A stretch of DNA of 49,377 nucleotides from assembly GCA_022844165.1 (NCBI GenBank), contig JALHMH010000034.1, forward strand, positions 1-49,377, in the 5' to 3' direction. Below, one piece after another: positions 29,076 through 38,222 of the stretch (the stretch's first letter is position 1; each line of letters begins with the position of its first letter). A program made the translations under genes and the position numbers. This stretch comes from Lysobacterales bacterium. GTDB taxonomy: Bacteria > Pseudomonadota > Gammaproteobacteria > Xanthomonadales > SZUA-5. A model generated the notes under the pieces. The model worked only from the letters and a program-made list of their open reading frames with translations, was not told the DNA's origin and did no database searches.

Positions 29076-29793
29076 TCATCGGACGTTGCCCTCATCGTCG
29101 AATCCGGCCATGTTCAGCAGCCGGATGTATCGCGGGTCTTTGCGATAGGCGGCGTAGCGCGCGCTGCGTAGTTGCACGATCGGGTCCACGCCGTTCACAT
29201 GCGTGTCCAGTTCCTTCTCAAACCGCTTGAACTGCTGATCGATGTCCTCCGGTGTCGAGCCCAGCTGTGAGAGCCAAACACGCAACCAGGCATATTCCTG
29301 ATCGTGCAGCGCTTCGCGAACGGCCTCACGCTGCGCCTGGTCGCGCAGCACGCGGATGAGCGCGCGACCAAGGCGCTGCTCAGCCTCGCTTGCACCCCGG
29401 GTGGGATTGCGATTGGCCTCGGCCAATGCGGAAGAACGAATCTCATCGAGCATTGCCTCCACCTCATCGAGGCGCCCGGCAACCAGATAGCTGTACATTA
29501 GATTTTCGGTTGTCCTCTGCAGCTCAGGCGCAAGCGCATAGGCGGCGTGGCGCACTTCGATGGCTTCATCCAGTCGGCCAAGCCACGTCAAAATGTTGGC
29601 TTGGCCGTTGAGGAAGATTGGCACCAATGGGTCGAGCGACACGGCTTTGTTGGCAGCCGCCAAGGCTTCCTCACTCCTACCGACCGCGCTCAGCCGTCGG
29701 CGTACGGGTAGTTCACCCCAGCCATGCGCCGACCAGATACAACCCGGCCATGCGGATGACGTTGCGGCGCTTGAGTTCGGCCAGGAGTTTCAC
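29076..29793 (-). pseudogene. Internally deleted TolB-like/TPR membrane protein gene
   Basis: GTG 29793 gives MKLLAELKRRNVIRMAGLYLVGAWLG-stop, joined out of frame to the TPR C-terminus AVGRSEEAL..SLDPL...DPRYIRLLNMAGF. Confidence 0.8.
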
Positions 29794-30197
29794 TGTGCAC
29801 CCCAGTTGCGCAGCGGACAAAAGCGCGCGGCGTGCCGGAAATCGGCATCCGTGCTGAGCAACGTCAGCTCATGGCGTATGCACAACTGGGCGATGAGCGC
29901 GTCGATGGTTCCCACCTGAACGCCGTTGCGTCGACAATGGTTGCGCAATTCGGCTGCCTCGATATGGTCGGTGCGGTCCGGGCTGATGAAAGGGAGCGCC
30001 GAAAAATGCTGCAACAGGCTGTCGCGCGACTTCGCGCCGGCAAAACCCTGCAGCAACTCCTGCCGTATCAGGCCGGTGCAGACCACGGACTCGCCCTGCT
30101 CCAGTGCGGAACGCAAGGCTTTCACTTCCACGCCATCAGGCGGCGTATCGCGCCGCAAGGCGAGCGACCACACCGAGGTGTCGACCAACAGGCTCAT
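29790..30197 (-). CDS. vapC: VapC PIN-domain toxin
   Basis: LLVDTSVW; QELLQG; TIDALIA; STDADF; overlaps the antitoxin stop. Confidence 0.9.
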   Translation of the reverse strand: MSLLVDTSVWSLALRRDTPPDGVEVKALRSALEQGESVVCTGLIRQELLQGFAGAKSRDSLLQHFSALPFISPDRTDHIEAAELRNHCRRNGVQVGTIDALIAQLCIRHELTLLSTDADFRHAARFCPLRNWGAQ

Positions 30198-30424
30198 CCA
30201 CCACGCTTCGCGCTGACGGGTGTTGTCCCGCGCTGCCGTTCCTGCTTGAAGTCGTACTCAGGATCCCACTCCAGCTTGCCCATCAGCTCCAGCAGGCCGC
30301 GCTGACGGCGGCGCGCAATGAACTCCTCCAGAGCCAGCGTCACCGCTGCCTTCTTGGTGCGTTCGCCGCTGACCTCGAGCGCACGCTCGATCAGCGCTGG
30401 ATCTATCGACAGATTGGTCGCCAT
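30194..30424 (-). CDS. vapB: VapB antitoxin (DUF2191-like)
   Basis: MATNLSIDPALIERA..TKKAAVTLALEEFI RHH pattern; GGAGG RBS. Confidence 0.9.
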   Translation of the reverse strand: MATNLSIDPALIERALEVSGERTKKAAVTLALEEFIARRRQRGLLELMGKLEWDPEYDFKQERQRGTTPVSAKRGG

Positions 30425-30509
30425 GTTTCACCTCCCACACATCAGCTTACACACGGACATCGGATACCACAAGAACGTTCCTCGCGAACCCGCCCAAGGC
30501 GTATTCCGG

Positions 30510-30636
30510 GTAGGGTGGATCCCGCAGCCATCCTTCACCGTGCGCAATCCACCGATACGCGCTCGGCACGTCGGCGGAAGCCGCGCGGACCAACGACGAC
30601 ATTGGCATTCACCTCGGCGCGCGGGTTACGCCCTGC
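30510..30636. repeat. Degenerate REP doublet (REPIN-like)
   Basis: GTAG-GGTGGAT...ATCCACC, then an inverted degenerate unit GGCGGAAGCCGCGC...GCGCGGGTTACGCC-CTGC. Confidence 0.55.
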
Positions 30637-30643
30637 TCGGGTT

Positions 30644-31411
30644 TCACGGCTTCGCTCCTTCTGCCGTCACGCGCTCGATCTCGTCGAAGAAATCGGTGAT
30701 CACGCGGATTTCGCGCGGGATCGCGCCCGCGCCAAGCTGCACAGCGAACAGGCTGTTGCCATCAGGAGCGAGCGCAAAGGACTCGCCGCCGAGCAGATTG
30801 TCCACGGCGAAGCGCTGGATCGCATCACCCGCAGGCTGTCCGTCCTTGACCGCAATCTGAAAAATGTGCCGGCCCATGCTGTACAGCAGCACGCTTCCGT
30901 CCCGCGAGAACTTCGGCGCGCCGCCGCCGCCGCTCGTGACTTGCACTGGCACGCCCTTACCGCTGGCGGGGATCAGGTACACCTCGTTGTCGCCACTGAC
31001 ATCCGAGACATAGGCAAGGGTTGCACCATTGGGCGAAAGCGCGGGGGAGCCTTCGCTGGCTTGAGTCGCGATCAGCGCCGGCTGGGTGCCAGCAGCATCT
31101 TGCAGCCAGATATCGGCTCGGGTGGTGGGGTCTCTGACGCTGAATACGATTTCACCATTCGGGCCGATGCTAAAGACAGAGTTAATAGCGAGCGCGTGTT
31201 GGGCGGCGATGTTGGGCGGAGCGCTGCCATCGATCGGCACTTTCCAAATCATCCAGCGCCCCCCGCGAGTGGATCCGAAATACACCTCGCGCTCGTCGGG
31301 GCTAAAGGTTGCGCCCATGTTGTTGCTCTTCGCATCGCTGTCCGACGTCAGGGGGCGCGGCAGCTTGCGCGCCCGATCGACGAGCAAAATATTGAAGGCA
31401 CCGAGGGACTC
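30644..31411 (-). pseudogene. C-terminal TolB/PD40 beta-propeller fragment of a larger protein
   Basis: FSPDE, LSPNG..LAYVSDVSG.NEVY, PKFSRDG repeats; ends IRVITDFFDEIER; frame starts abruptly at the vapC stop. Confidence 0.7.
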
Positions 31412-31819
31412 TTAAGGCGGAGCCGGAAAAACAGACTCAAGATCCGTTTGCGCAAAGTCATTGCCCTTGAACAGCAGCGGCAGGCCGCGAACTTTGGCGA
31501 GGGCATAGCTAAACAGATCACCATAGTTAAGCGAAGCCGCATGGCCGCTGCCTTTGCCAAAAGCGACGAAGGCGGAGTAGGCGGCGGTGGCTTGCTCTGC
31601 ATCAGTTGCAACCAGCTCAAATGGCGGCAGGCGCAGCAGATCGTCCAGCAGCACCACCGCGCGCTGGCCGCGTCGCGCGTGCACCACCAGGCGCGTCTCA
31701 ACCACCGTCGGCGCGCTGATTAAAACGCGCTCATGCTGTTGCAGCACATCGAGAAAGGTTTCACGCTCGGGCTCGGCAAACACAATCGCCACCAGTGCGG
31801 AGGTATCGATCACGATCAT
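31412..31819 (-). CDS. vapC: VapC PIN-domain toxin (VapC30-like)
   Basis: IVIDTSALVAI; FGKG.GH.ASLNYGD; LLFKGNDF. Confidence 0.92.
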   Translation of the reverse strand: MIVIDTSALVAIVFAEPERETFLDVLQQHERVLISAPTVVETRLVVHARRGQRAVVLLDDLLRLPPFELVATDAEQATAAYSAFVAFGKGSGHAASLNYGDLFSYALAKVRGLPLLFKGNDFAQTDLESVFPAPP

Positions 31820-32055
31820 GTTGGCAGACCGTTTTCATCCCAGCCTAATATTTCGACAGCATCGACCCGATCTGGAATGCCGTCGATCTGCTTCAGCAGC
31901 GCCCTGAGTCGCTGGCCGGGTGCAGTCACGCGCTGGGTTTCGAGCCGAAGCTGATCGAGCGCCCGTTCCACCAGTGCCGTTTTATTTAAGCCTGTGGCTT
32001 TTGCCAGCTTTTCGACTTTGGCGACAACGCTGGGATTGGCGATTTGCAATGCCAT
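31816..32055 (-). CDS. vapB: VapB antitoxin (Rv0623-like)
   Basis: MALQIANP..LAKATGLNKT..ILGWDENGLP; ATGA overlap with vapC; GGAG RBS. Confidence 0.88.
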   Translation of the reverse strand: MALQIANPSVVAKVEKLAKATGLNKTALVERALDQLRLETQRVTAPGQRLRALLKQIDGIPDRVDAVEILGWDENGLPT

Positions 32056-32122
32056 GATCAATCTCCGATCAACATATCAATATCGGCAGTATACATTCTC
32101 ATGTTGGCAGGCTGAGACTTGA

Positions 32123-32384
32123 TCACTTGCAGCGGTCGTCGCCGCCTGCTGGTTCGTCTACGTCCTGAGGGCTACCGGAGACTGGCTTGCGACACAAATC
32201 CGGTGGGCCATATTGGTCCCAGTACGCCGTCAAACAGAATGACCACCGTGCGCGCGACCCATTCGGGAGCGCCGAACATCGGCAGGATCGTGCCGGCCAC
32301 CTCCACGACCAACCACGCCCCGACCAGATACAACCCGGCCATGCGGATCACGTTGCGGCGCTTGAGTTCGGCGAGCAGTTTCAT
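32123..32384 (-). pseudogene. Internally deleted TolB-like/TPR membrane protein gene (second copy)
   Basis: About 50 N-terminal codons MKLLAELKRRNVIRMAGLYLVGAWLVVEVAGTILPMFGAPEWV fused out of frame to a C-terminus YWDQYGPPDLCRK...DDRCK-stop. Confidence 0.8.
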
Positions 32385-32806
32385 GCGCCACTCGCGAGCA
32401 GGGGGTTGCAAATGCGCAACCCGGCGTACGATCGGCCGTGGGACAGGTCCTCGCTGTAGAGGAATGCACAGCCGCTGCGGATGGCGGCCTCGACGATCAA
32501 GGCATCGAACCAGGAAAGCTGCTCACGCTGCGCCAGTTCATGGGCGTCCAGCACGAGGTTTTGATCCGTGGCGACCACTTCGAACGAGGCGACTGCGGTG
32601 AGTGCACGCATGGTGTCCGCGTGGTTCAGCGCAGGCTTCAGCTTGCGCGCCAGCACCGACCGCAATTCGATCAGCACCTGCGTGCTGACGACGATTTCGT
32701 GGTCCGCGGCCAGTTCGCGCAGCCAGGCGCCGACGCGCTGCGACTTCTCTGGTTCGCGCTGGTCGAGTCGGTAGGCCCACAGATGGGTGTCGACGAAGAC
32801 GCGCAC
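32381..32806 (-). CDS. vapC: PIN-domain toxin (VapC-like)
   Basis: VFVDTH; VSTQVLIE; LSWFDALIVEAA; LYSEDL; NP. Confidence 0.9.
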   Translation of the reverse strand: MRVFVDTHLWAYRLDQREPEKSQRVGAWLRELAADHEIVVSTQVLIELRSVLARKLKPALNHADTMRALTAVASFEVVATDQNLVLDAHELAQREQLSWFDALIVEAAIRSGCAFLYSEDLSHGRSYAGLRICNPLLASGA

Positions 32807-32808
32807 GT

Positions 32809-33084
32809 TCAGTCGGCTCGTGTCCGGCCTGGCGCTGCGCTGCTTGAGCCTCGATCCGGGCGCTCGTGCAACTCGTCGCGGCTCCAGCGCGCCTCGCTGC
32901 GGGAAGCAGTGCCGGCGGCCAGCGCATCCAGCGCATCAAGAGCCTCGAAGCGCCGACGTTTGCTGTCGGCATAGCGTGTGAGGTAGTCGCGCACCAGTGC
33001 GTTGACCGAAGTCCGGTCACGCAGCGCCGCTTCGCGCGCGCGCTGCAAGATCTCGTCATCGATGCTCAGGGTCAGATTGGACAT
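32809..33084 (-). CDS. RHH antitoxin (DUF6364-like)
   Basis: MSNLTLSIDDEILQRAR..TSVNALVRDYL..WSRDELHER; directly upstream of the PIN gene. Confidence 0.85.
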   Translation of the reverse strand: MSNLTLSIDDEILQRAREAALRDRTSVNALVRDYLTRYADSKRRRFEALDALDALAAGTASRSEARWSRDELHERPDRGSSSAAPGRTRAD

Positions 33085-33101
33085 CGGCGCTTTCCAGAAA
33101 A

Positions 33102-33132
33102 GCACGGGATACGTGCAGCACGGATTCTAGCA
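33102..33132 (-). promoter_or_regulatory. TA promoter/operator
   Basis: Extended -10 TGcTAGAAT on the minus strand and a GCACG-ggata-CGTGC palindrome between it and the antitoxin start. Confidence 0.55.
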
Positions 33133-33291
33133 GGCGTCGGCCCTCATCTCAGTGGGCGGCGTTGGCATTTGAGCAGCTTCACGCGAAGGCTCAATTCTTC
33201 TCGCGGGCAATCTTCGCCATGTACGCCCGGTAGCTCGGGGATTCGCCGTAAACCTGGTCATAGAAGGCCTTGAAGGCCTTCAGCCAAGTAT

Positions 33292-33516
33292 GGTGCAACA
33301 GATGCAGCCGTTGCTGAACTCAACCAATTTTTCCTCGGTGCGTGACAAGTTGCCACCGCCGTCCTTGATCAACGCAGCGTCGATGTTGATTTCGCGACGA
33401 TCACCGCGACACGCAGCCCTTCGCGGTTTTTCAGTACATGGTTGAGCAAGGTAGTCTTGCCAGCGCCTGGAAAGCCGGACAGCACGGTGACCCGGCAGGC
33501 GAGCGTCGGAGGTCAT
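33292..33516 (-). pseudogene. Degraded duplicate of the zigA 5' end
   Basis: Copy of 28552-28785 with a 1 bp insertion, a 10 bp deletion (TCATGTCATT) and Walker A L->P; similarity stops after GCICCT. Confidence 0.9.
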
Positions 33517-33539
33517 GTTCAGCTCATTCGCGTCGAAGT

Positions 33540-33554
33540 TGTTATAGAGTAACA
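33540..33554. promoter_or_regulatory. Zur box (second copy)
   Basis: Identical TGTTATAGAGTAACA. Confidence 0.75.
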
Positions 33555-33572
33555 AATCTTCCTCAGTCTCCG

Positions 33573-33788
33573 ATGTCCATGATTCCGACCACCTACGCTG
33601 ACTGGCGCCGCTGCATAGAAGTCGACTGCCAACAGGCGCTCACCTCCAGTTTCATTGCCGCGCGCATCGAGGAACTGGCCGATGCGAACCATTTCCGCAC
33701 ACAGCAGTTCGTGGCCCTGTATGGGCCACAACATCACGCTCGCGTGGTGGCGTGGTTCCAGCAGGCGCGCGCAGAAACAAACGCATAG
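33573..33788 (+). CDS. Small hypothetical protein downstream of a Zur box
   Basis: [34 protein letters not shown]...V..WF; CxxxxC motif; start may be 33579. Confidence 0.75.
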   Translation: MSMIPTTYADWRRCIEVDCQQALTSSFIAARIEELADANHFRTQQFVALYGPQHHARVVAWFQQARAETNA

Positions 33789-33866
33789 CTGACGCCAGGC
33801 CAAGAGCCATCGCTCCTCGCGCATGCACTATTCTGCGCGACTCGATTTGCAGGCCTCTGAGCAAAC

Positions 33867-36824
33867 ATGGACAAGAGCTTCGATCCCAAAGCCATTGAGC
33901 AGCGCTGGTATCCCGCGTGGGAGCGTTTGGGATACTTCGCGCCGAGCGGTCAGGGCGAACCCTTTTGCATCCAGTTGCCGCCGCCGAATGTGACCGGCAC
34001 GCTGCACATGGGCCATGCGTTCCAGCAGACGATCATGGATCTGCTGATCCGCTATGAACGGATGCGCGGCCGCGACACGTTATGGCAGTGCGGTACGGAT
34101 CACGCCGGTATCGCTACACAGAAGATCGTCGAAAACCAGCTCGCCACGCAGGGACTGAGCAAACATGATCTGGGTCGCAAGGAGTTCATCGAACGCGTCT
34201 GGCAGTGGAAGGTGCAATCTGGTTCGACGATCACCGGGCAAATGCGTCGCCTGGGCGCCTCGTGCGATTGGTCTAGAGAGCGCTTTACGATGGACGACGG
34301 ATTGTCGGCCGCCGTGCGTCGGGTGTTCGTCGAGTGGTATCGGGCGGGATTGATCTATCGCGGCAAACGGCTGGTGCACTGGGATCCAGTGCTCGGTACG
34401 GCGGTCTCCGATCTGGAGGTCGAAAACGTCGAAAAAGACGGAAATTTGTGGTCGATCCGCTATCCGGCGGCCGATGGCGGGCCGGGTGTGGTGGTGGCGA
34501 CCACGCGACCAGAGACGATGCTGGGCGATGTCGCGGTCGCGGTGCATCCCGAGGACGAGCGCTACGCGCATCTGGTTGGCAAGGAACTGCTGTTGCCGTT
34601 GACGGGACGCACCATTCCCGTGATCGCCGATGACTACGTGGAGCGCGAGTTCGGCACCGGATGCGTCAAAATCACGCCGGCGCATGACTTCAATGACTAT
34701 CAGATGGGCCAGCGCCACCGCTTGCCGCTGATCAGCATTTTTGCGCTCGACGCGAAAGTCAATGACGAGGCACCCGCCGCTTATCGAGGACTCGATCGCT
34801 TCGAGGCGCGCAGGCGCGTGTTGCTCGATCTGGAAGACGCGGGGCTGTTGGTGGAAACCAGACCGCACAAGCTGTCCGTGCCAATCAGCCAGCGCTCGGA
34901 TGCGGTCATCGAACCGATGCTCACCGACCAATGGTTCGTTGATTTGACGCGCGAAACACTGCCCGATGGTCGTCCCGGCGGCAAGTCGGTGATTGCGGAT
35001 GTTGCGCTTGCCGCGGTCACCGAAGGGCATATCCGCTTTGTGCCGGAGAATTGGACAACAACCTATGTGCAGTGGCTGACCAACCTGCAGGATTGGTGCA
35101 TTAGTCGCCAGCTATGGTGGGGCCATCAAATCCCCGCATGGTTCGATGAAGCAGGGAATATCTTTGTCGGCGTCGATGAGGCGGATGCGCGCGCGACGGC
35201 AAACACGCCGCCCATCGGCGAGCTGAAACAAGACAACGATGTGCTCGACACCTGGTTTTCGTCGGCGCTATGGCCTTTTTCGACGTTGGGCTGGCCAGGT
35301 GTTGCAGCGGACGATGAGTGGTCGGCCTTTTCGCGTTTCCTGCCCAGTTCAGTTCTGGTCACTGGCTTCGACATCATCTTTTTTTGGGTCGCGCGCATGG
35401 TCATGGCAACCACGTACTTCGTGGGCCGCATCCAGCCAACAAGCGACAGCCAGCCATCGCAAGCCGTTTACGAGCCGCGCTTCGCTCAGCTCAAGGACCG
35501 CGTGCCTTTCAAGACCGTCTACATCAACGCCATTGTGCGTGATGCAGAAGGGCAAAAGATGAGCAAGAGTAAGGGCAATACGATCGATCCGCTGGATCTG
35601 ATCGATGGCGTCGAGCTGGAGACGTTGGTGCAAAAATCGACCACCAGTTTGCTGCTGCCGCAGGTGCGCGAAAAGGTCGAGAAACGCATCCGCAAGGAAT
35701 ATCCGAACGGCATCGCGGCGGTTGGTGCCGATGCGCTGCGCTTTACCTTCGCTGCCCTGGCGACGCACGGGCGCACGATCAACTTCGATTTGAAACGCTG
35801 CGAGGGGTATAAAAACTTCTGCAACAAGCTCTGGAACGCGGCGCGTTTTGTGCTGACACAGGCGGCAGCGAAGGGCGATGACACGTTGCCTGAGGTCGCG
35901 CGAGCGGTGTCCAGCATCGAGGCAACCGCAGCGATGGTTGGACTCGCATCCACAGGTTCGCAGGGTGGCTCGCTCAGCACCGCCGAGCGTTGGATTCTGA
36001 GCGAGTTGTCGATCACGACCGATGCCGTGCATTCGCATATTGCCGAGTATCGCTTCGATCTTGCTGCGCAGGCGCTGTACGATTTTGTGTGGAACGAGTT
36101 CTGCGATTGGTTCCTTGAGCTGTGCAAACCCGCGCTAGCCAGCGGCACAACCGAACGACACGTCAGTGCACAACAAACGCTGCATCAGGTACTCGATGCG
36201 GTGTTGCGGTTATTGCATCCGATTGTTCCATTCATTACCGAAGAAATCTGGCAGCAACTGGCGCCGCGCGATGGCGTTTCGATCGCGACTGAGCGTTACC
36301 CTGAGGCCAACGATTTCCCGCGCGACGCTGCCGCCATGGAGGACATCGGATGGCTGAAAGCCTGCCTGACCGGGCTCCGCCGGATTCGCAGCGAACTCAA
36401 TATTGCGCCGGGCAAATTGGTGCCGCTCATTCTGGCGGGCGGCCACGCCGGGGATCGCCATCGTTTCGACCGTTTCGGTGGCGAACTGGCGTTTCTGGCG
36501 CGCATCGAGCCCGAGGCAATGCGCTGGCTCGGCGACACCGAAGCGACGCCCGCGGCAGCCACGGCCGTGGTCGGCGAGCTGAAATTGATGATCCCGCTGC
36601 TTGGGTTGGTCGATGTCGACGCCGAATGCTCACGCCTGAAGAAAGAAATTGCCCGCCTCAAAGGCGAAATCGCCAAATGCGAGGGCAAATTGGGCAATGC
36701 CAACTTCGTTGCCAACGCGCCCCCGGCTGTGGTCGAACAGGAGCGCCAACGCATCGCCGATTTCAACGCGCAATTGGCTGCGCTGGCGGACACCGGGCGG
36801 TTGTTGGGGTGCGGCGGTTCGTAG
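33867..36824 (+). CDS. valS: Valine--tRNA ligase
   Basis: [13 protein letters not shown]; [12 protein letters not shown]; KMSKS; C-terminal coiled coil FVANAP. Confidence 0.98.
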   Translation: MDKSFDPKAIEQRWYPAWERLGYFAPSGQGEPFCIQLPPPNVTGTLHMGHAFQQTIMDLLIRYERMRGRDTLWQCGTDHAGIATQKIVENQLATQGLSKHDLGRKEFIERVWQWKVQSGSTITGQMRRLGASCDWSRERFTMDDGLSAAVRRVFVEWYRAGLIYRGKRLVHWDPVLGTAVSDLEVENVEKDGNLWSIRYPAADGGPGVVVATTRPETMLGDVAVAVHPEDERYAHLVGKELLLPLTGRTIPVIADDYVEREFGTGCVKITPAHDFNDYQMGQRHRLPLISIFALDAKVNDEAPAAYRGLDRFEARRRVLLDLEDAGLLVETRPHKLSVPISQRSDAVIEPMLTDQWFVDLTRETLPDGRPGGKSVIADVALAAVTEGHIRFVPENWTTTYVQWLTNLQDWCISRQLWWGHQIPAWFDEAGNIFVGVDEADARATANTPPIGELKQDNDVLDTWFSSALWPFSTLGWPGVAADDEWSAFSRFLPSSVLVTGFDIIFFWVARMVMATTYFVGRIQPTSDSQPSQAVYEPRFAQLKDRVPFKTVYINAIVRDAEGQKMSKSKGNTIDPLDLIDGVELETLVQKSTTSLLLPQVREKVEKRIRKEYPNGIAAVGADALRFTFAALATHGRTINFDLKRCEGYKNFCNKLWNAARFVLTQAAAKGDDTLPEVARAVSSIEATAAMVGLASTGSQGGSLSTAERWILSELSITTDAVHSHIAEYRFDLAAQALYDFVWNEFCDWFLELCKPALASGTTERHVSAQQTLHQVLDAVLRLLHPIVPFITEEIWQQLAPRDGVSIATERYPEANDFPRDAAAMEDIGWLKACLTGLRRIRSELNIAPGKLVPLILAGGHAGDRHRFDRFGGELAFLARIEPEAMRWLGDTEATPAAATAVVGELKLMIPLLGLVDVDAECSRLKKEIARLKGEIAKCEGKLGNANFVANAPPAVVEQERQRIADFNAQLAALADTGRLLGCGGS

Positions 36825-36934
36825 CCTGGCCCACATACTTTATGAGGGAACGCAGGCGCGGGCCGGTCCCGCGGCGCCTGTCGCGATTTGCGCAAACACC
36901 ACAAGCGCCGCCGAGCAGTAGCTGAACAATTTAC

Positions 36935-37381
36935 CTATCCACGCATCTCCCGCTCCATCACGACGGCATCTTCGCGCCCGGACTTTGCGGGATAGTAATT
37001 GGGTCTGGTGCCGATTTCGCGAAATCCGCTGCGCTGATAAAGCCCGATGGCGATGAGATTCGACGGGCGCACTTCGAGAAAGATGCGCTCAACGTGGTGC
37101 CAGCGCCCAAGATCGATCAGGCGGTTCAGCAGGCGCCGTCCGAGGCCTTCGCCGCGCCGCTCTGGCAAGGTTGCGATATTGAGAATATGCGCCTCGTCGG
37201 CCGCAATCGACAGCACGCCGTAACCGACGATCCGGCCGCCGTCGTCGAGTACCCAAAGCGCGTAACCGGCCTTGATGCAGTCGCGAAAGATGCCTTCTGA
37301 CCAAGGGAACTCATAAGCGGCCAGCTCGATGTGCATCACGCCATTGAGGTCGGTTTCGCGCATCGGTCGCAGGGCGATCAC
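36935..37381 (-). CDS. rimI: Ribosomal protein S18 alanine N-acetyltransferase
   Basis: YEFPWS; EAHILN; FLEVRPSN; RPNYY..GREDA; GTG start overlaps the upstream stop. Confidence 0.92.
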   Translation of the reverse strand: MIALRPMRETDLNGVMHIELAAYEFPWSEGIFRDCIKAGYALWVLDDGGRIVGYGVLSIAADEAHILNIATLPERRGEGLGRRLLNRLIDLGRWHHVERIFLEVRPSNLIAIGLYQRSGFREIGTRPNYYPAKSGREDAVVMEREMRG

Positions 37382-37611
37382 AAGCGATGCAAAACTCGAA
37401 TCCGTGTCCAAAGGGCTTTCTTGACCGCTGCATTCTTGAGGTCCGGCGGTAGCGGATCACCCAGTGCCGTCGTCAGTTCGGCTACGTTGGAACAACGCGC
37501 CGCATGAACGATTGCGGCCACCAGTGGACTGACCGGCACGTCGAGAATGATGGGTCGATACACCGTCACTTCCAGCGCATCGAGCGCTGCTCGTTGCATT
37601 GCGTTGTACAT
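37378..37611 (-). CDS. Small protein upstream of rimI (possible degenerate HolD/psi-like)
   Basis: MYNAMQRAALDALEVTVY...NAAVKKALWTRI; overlaps both neighbours (TGATG, GTGA). Confidence 0.65.
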   Translation of the reverse strand: MYNAMQRAALDALEVTVYRPIILDVPVSPLVAAIVHAARCSNVAELTTALGDPLPPDLKNAAVKKALWTRIRVLHRL

Positions 37612-38222
37612 CAGGGCGCCGACTGTCGTGTCCTGAGTGCCGCTGTCAACTCCTCGGCGATGCGGTCGACACCTTCGCTCAAGGCAATCGCAGCGTCTTC
37701 CACACGATCGCCGGCGACCGGTACTCGCACGGTACGGTCCAGCGACAGATAGGGCAGGTCGGCACCATCCTGATCGACTCGAAGGCGCAGGGCGACGACG
37801 ACCTCGGATGGTGCGCCCTCGCTCATCACCCGTTCGAAGCGGTAAACCACTCCGCGCAACCGATAGGCCGGGATGCGCGTGCCGAGACGATCGGTGACGA
37901 GGCTGGCGGCGTTGAGTTCGCTGAAGTGTTCGATCAGGCGCCGCTGGATCATGGTTGGTGGCGGATCGTTCCAAAGCTGATAGTGGTACTGGCTTATCTT
38001 GAGGCTGTTCGGGTCGTTCGCGTACAAAATCGGCCGCTCGCCGTGCACACCGTCGGCGCGCAAGGGTTCGACCACCAGTGGTCTGTCCAGCAACGGCGTC
38101 GGAAGCGTTGCGGCGGCGGCGCGCGGCGCAAGACGGTAATAGCGAAAATCGGGAATCGGTTGTGGTGCGCTGCAAGCTGCCAGCGACAGTGCCGCGATGG
38201 TGGCCAGACAGAACCGCATCAT
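37611..38222 (-). CDS. ABC-type transport auxiliary lipoprotein (PqiC-like)
   Basis: Lipobox LAAC; YYRL; YHYQLWNDPP. Confidence 0.85.
   Translation of the reverse strand: MMRFCLATIAALSLAACSAPQPIPDFRYYRLAPRAAAATLPTPLLDRPLVVEPLRADGVHGERPILYANDPNSLKISQYHYQLWNDPPPTMIQRRLIEHFSELNAASLVTDRLGTRIPAYRLRGVVYRFERVMSEGAPSEVVVALRLRVDQDGADLPYLSLDRTVRVPVAGDRVEDAAIALSEGVDRIAEELTAALRTRQSAP

Noticed and set aside
28849-33291. Integron cassette array explanation for the TA island
   Set aside because: No repeated attC-like RYYYAAC...GTTRRRY sites seen between modules and no integron integrase; modules are joined by overlaps and deletions.
36850-36882. Hairpin between convergent valS and rimI as an intrinsic terminator
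   Set aside because: The stem is imperfect and there is no adjacent U-tract on either strand, so support is insufficient.
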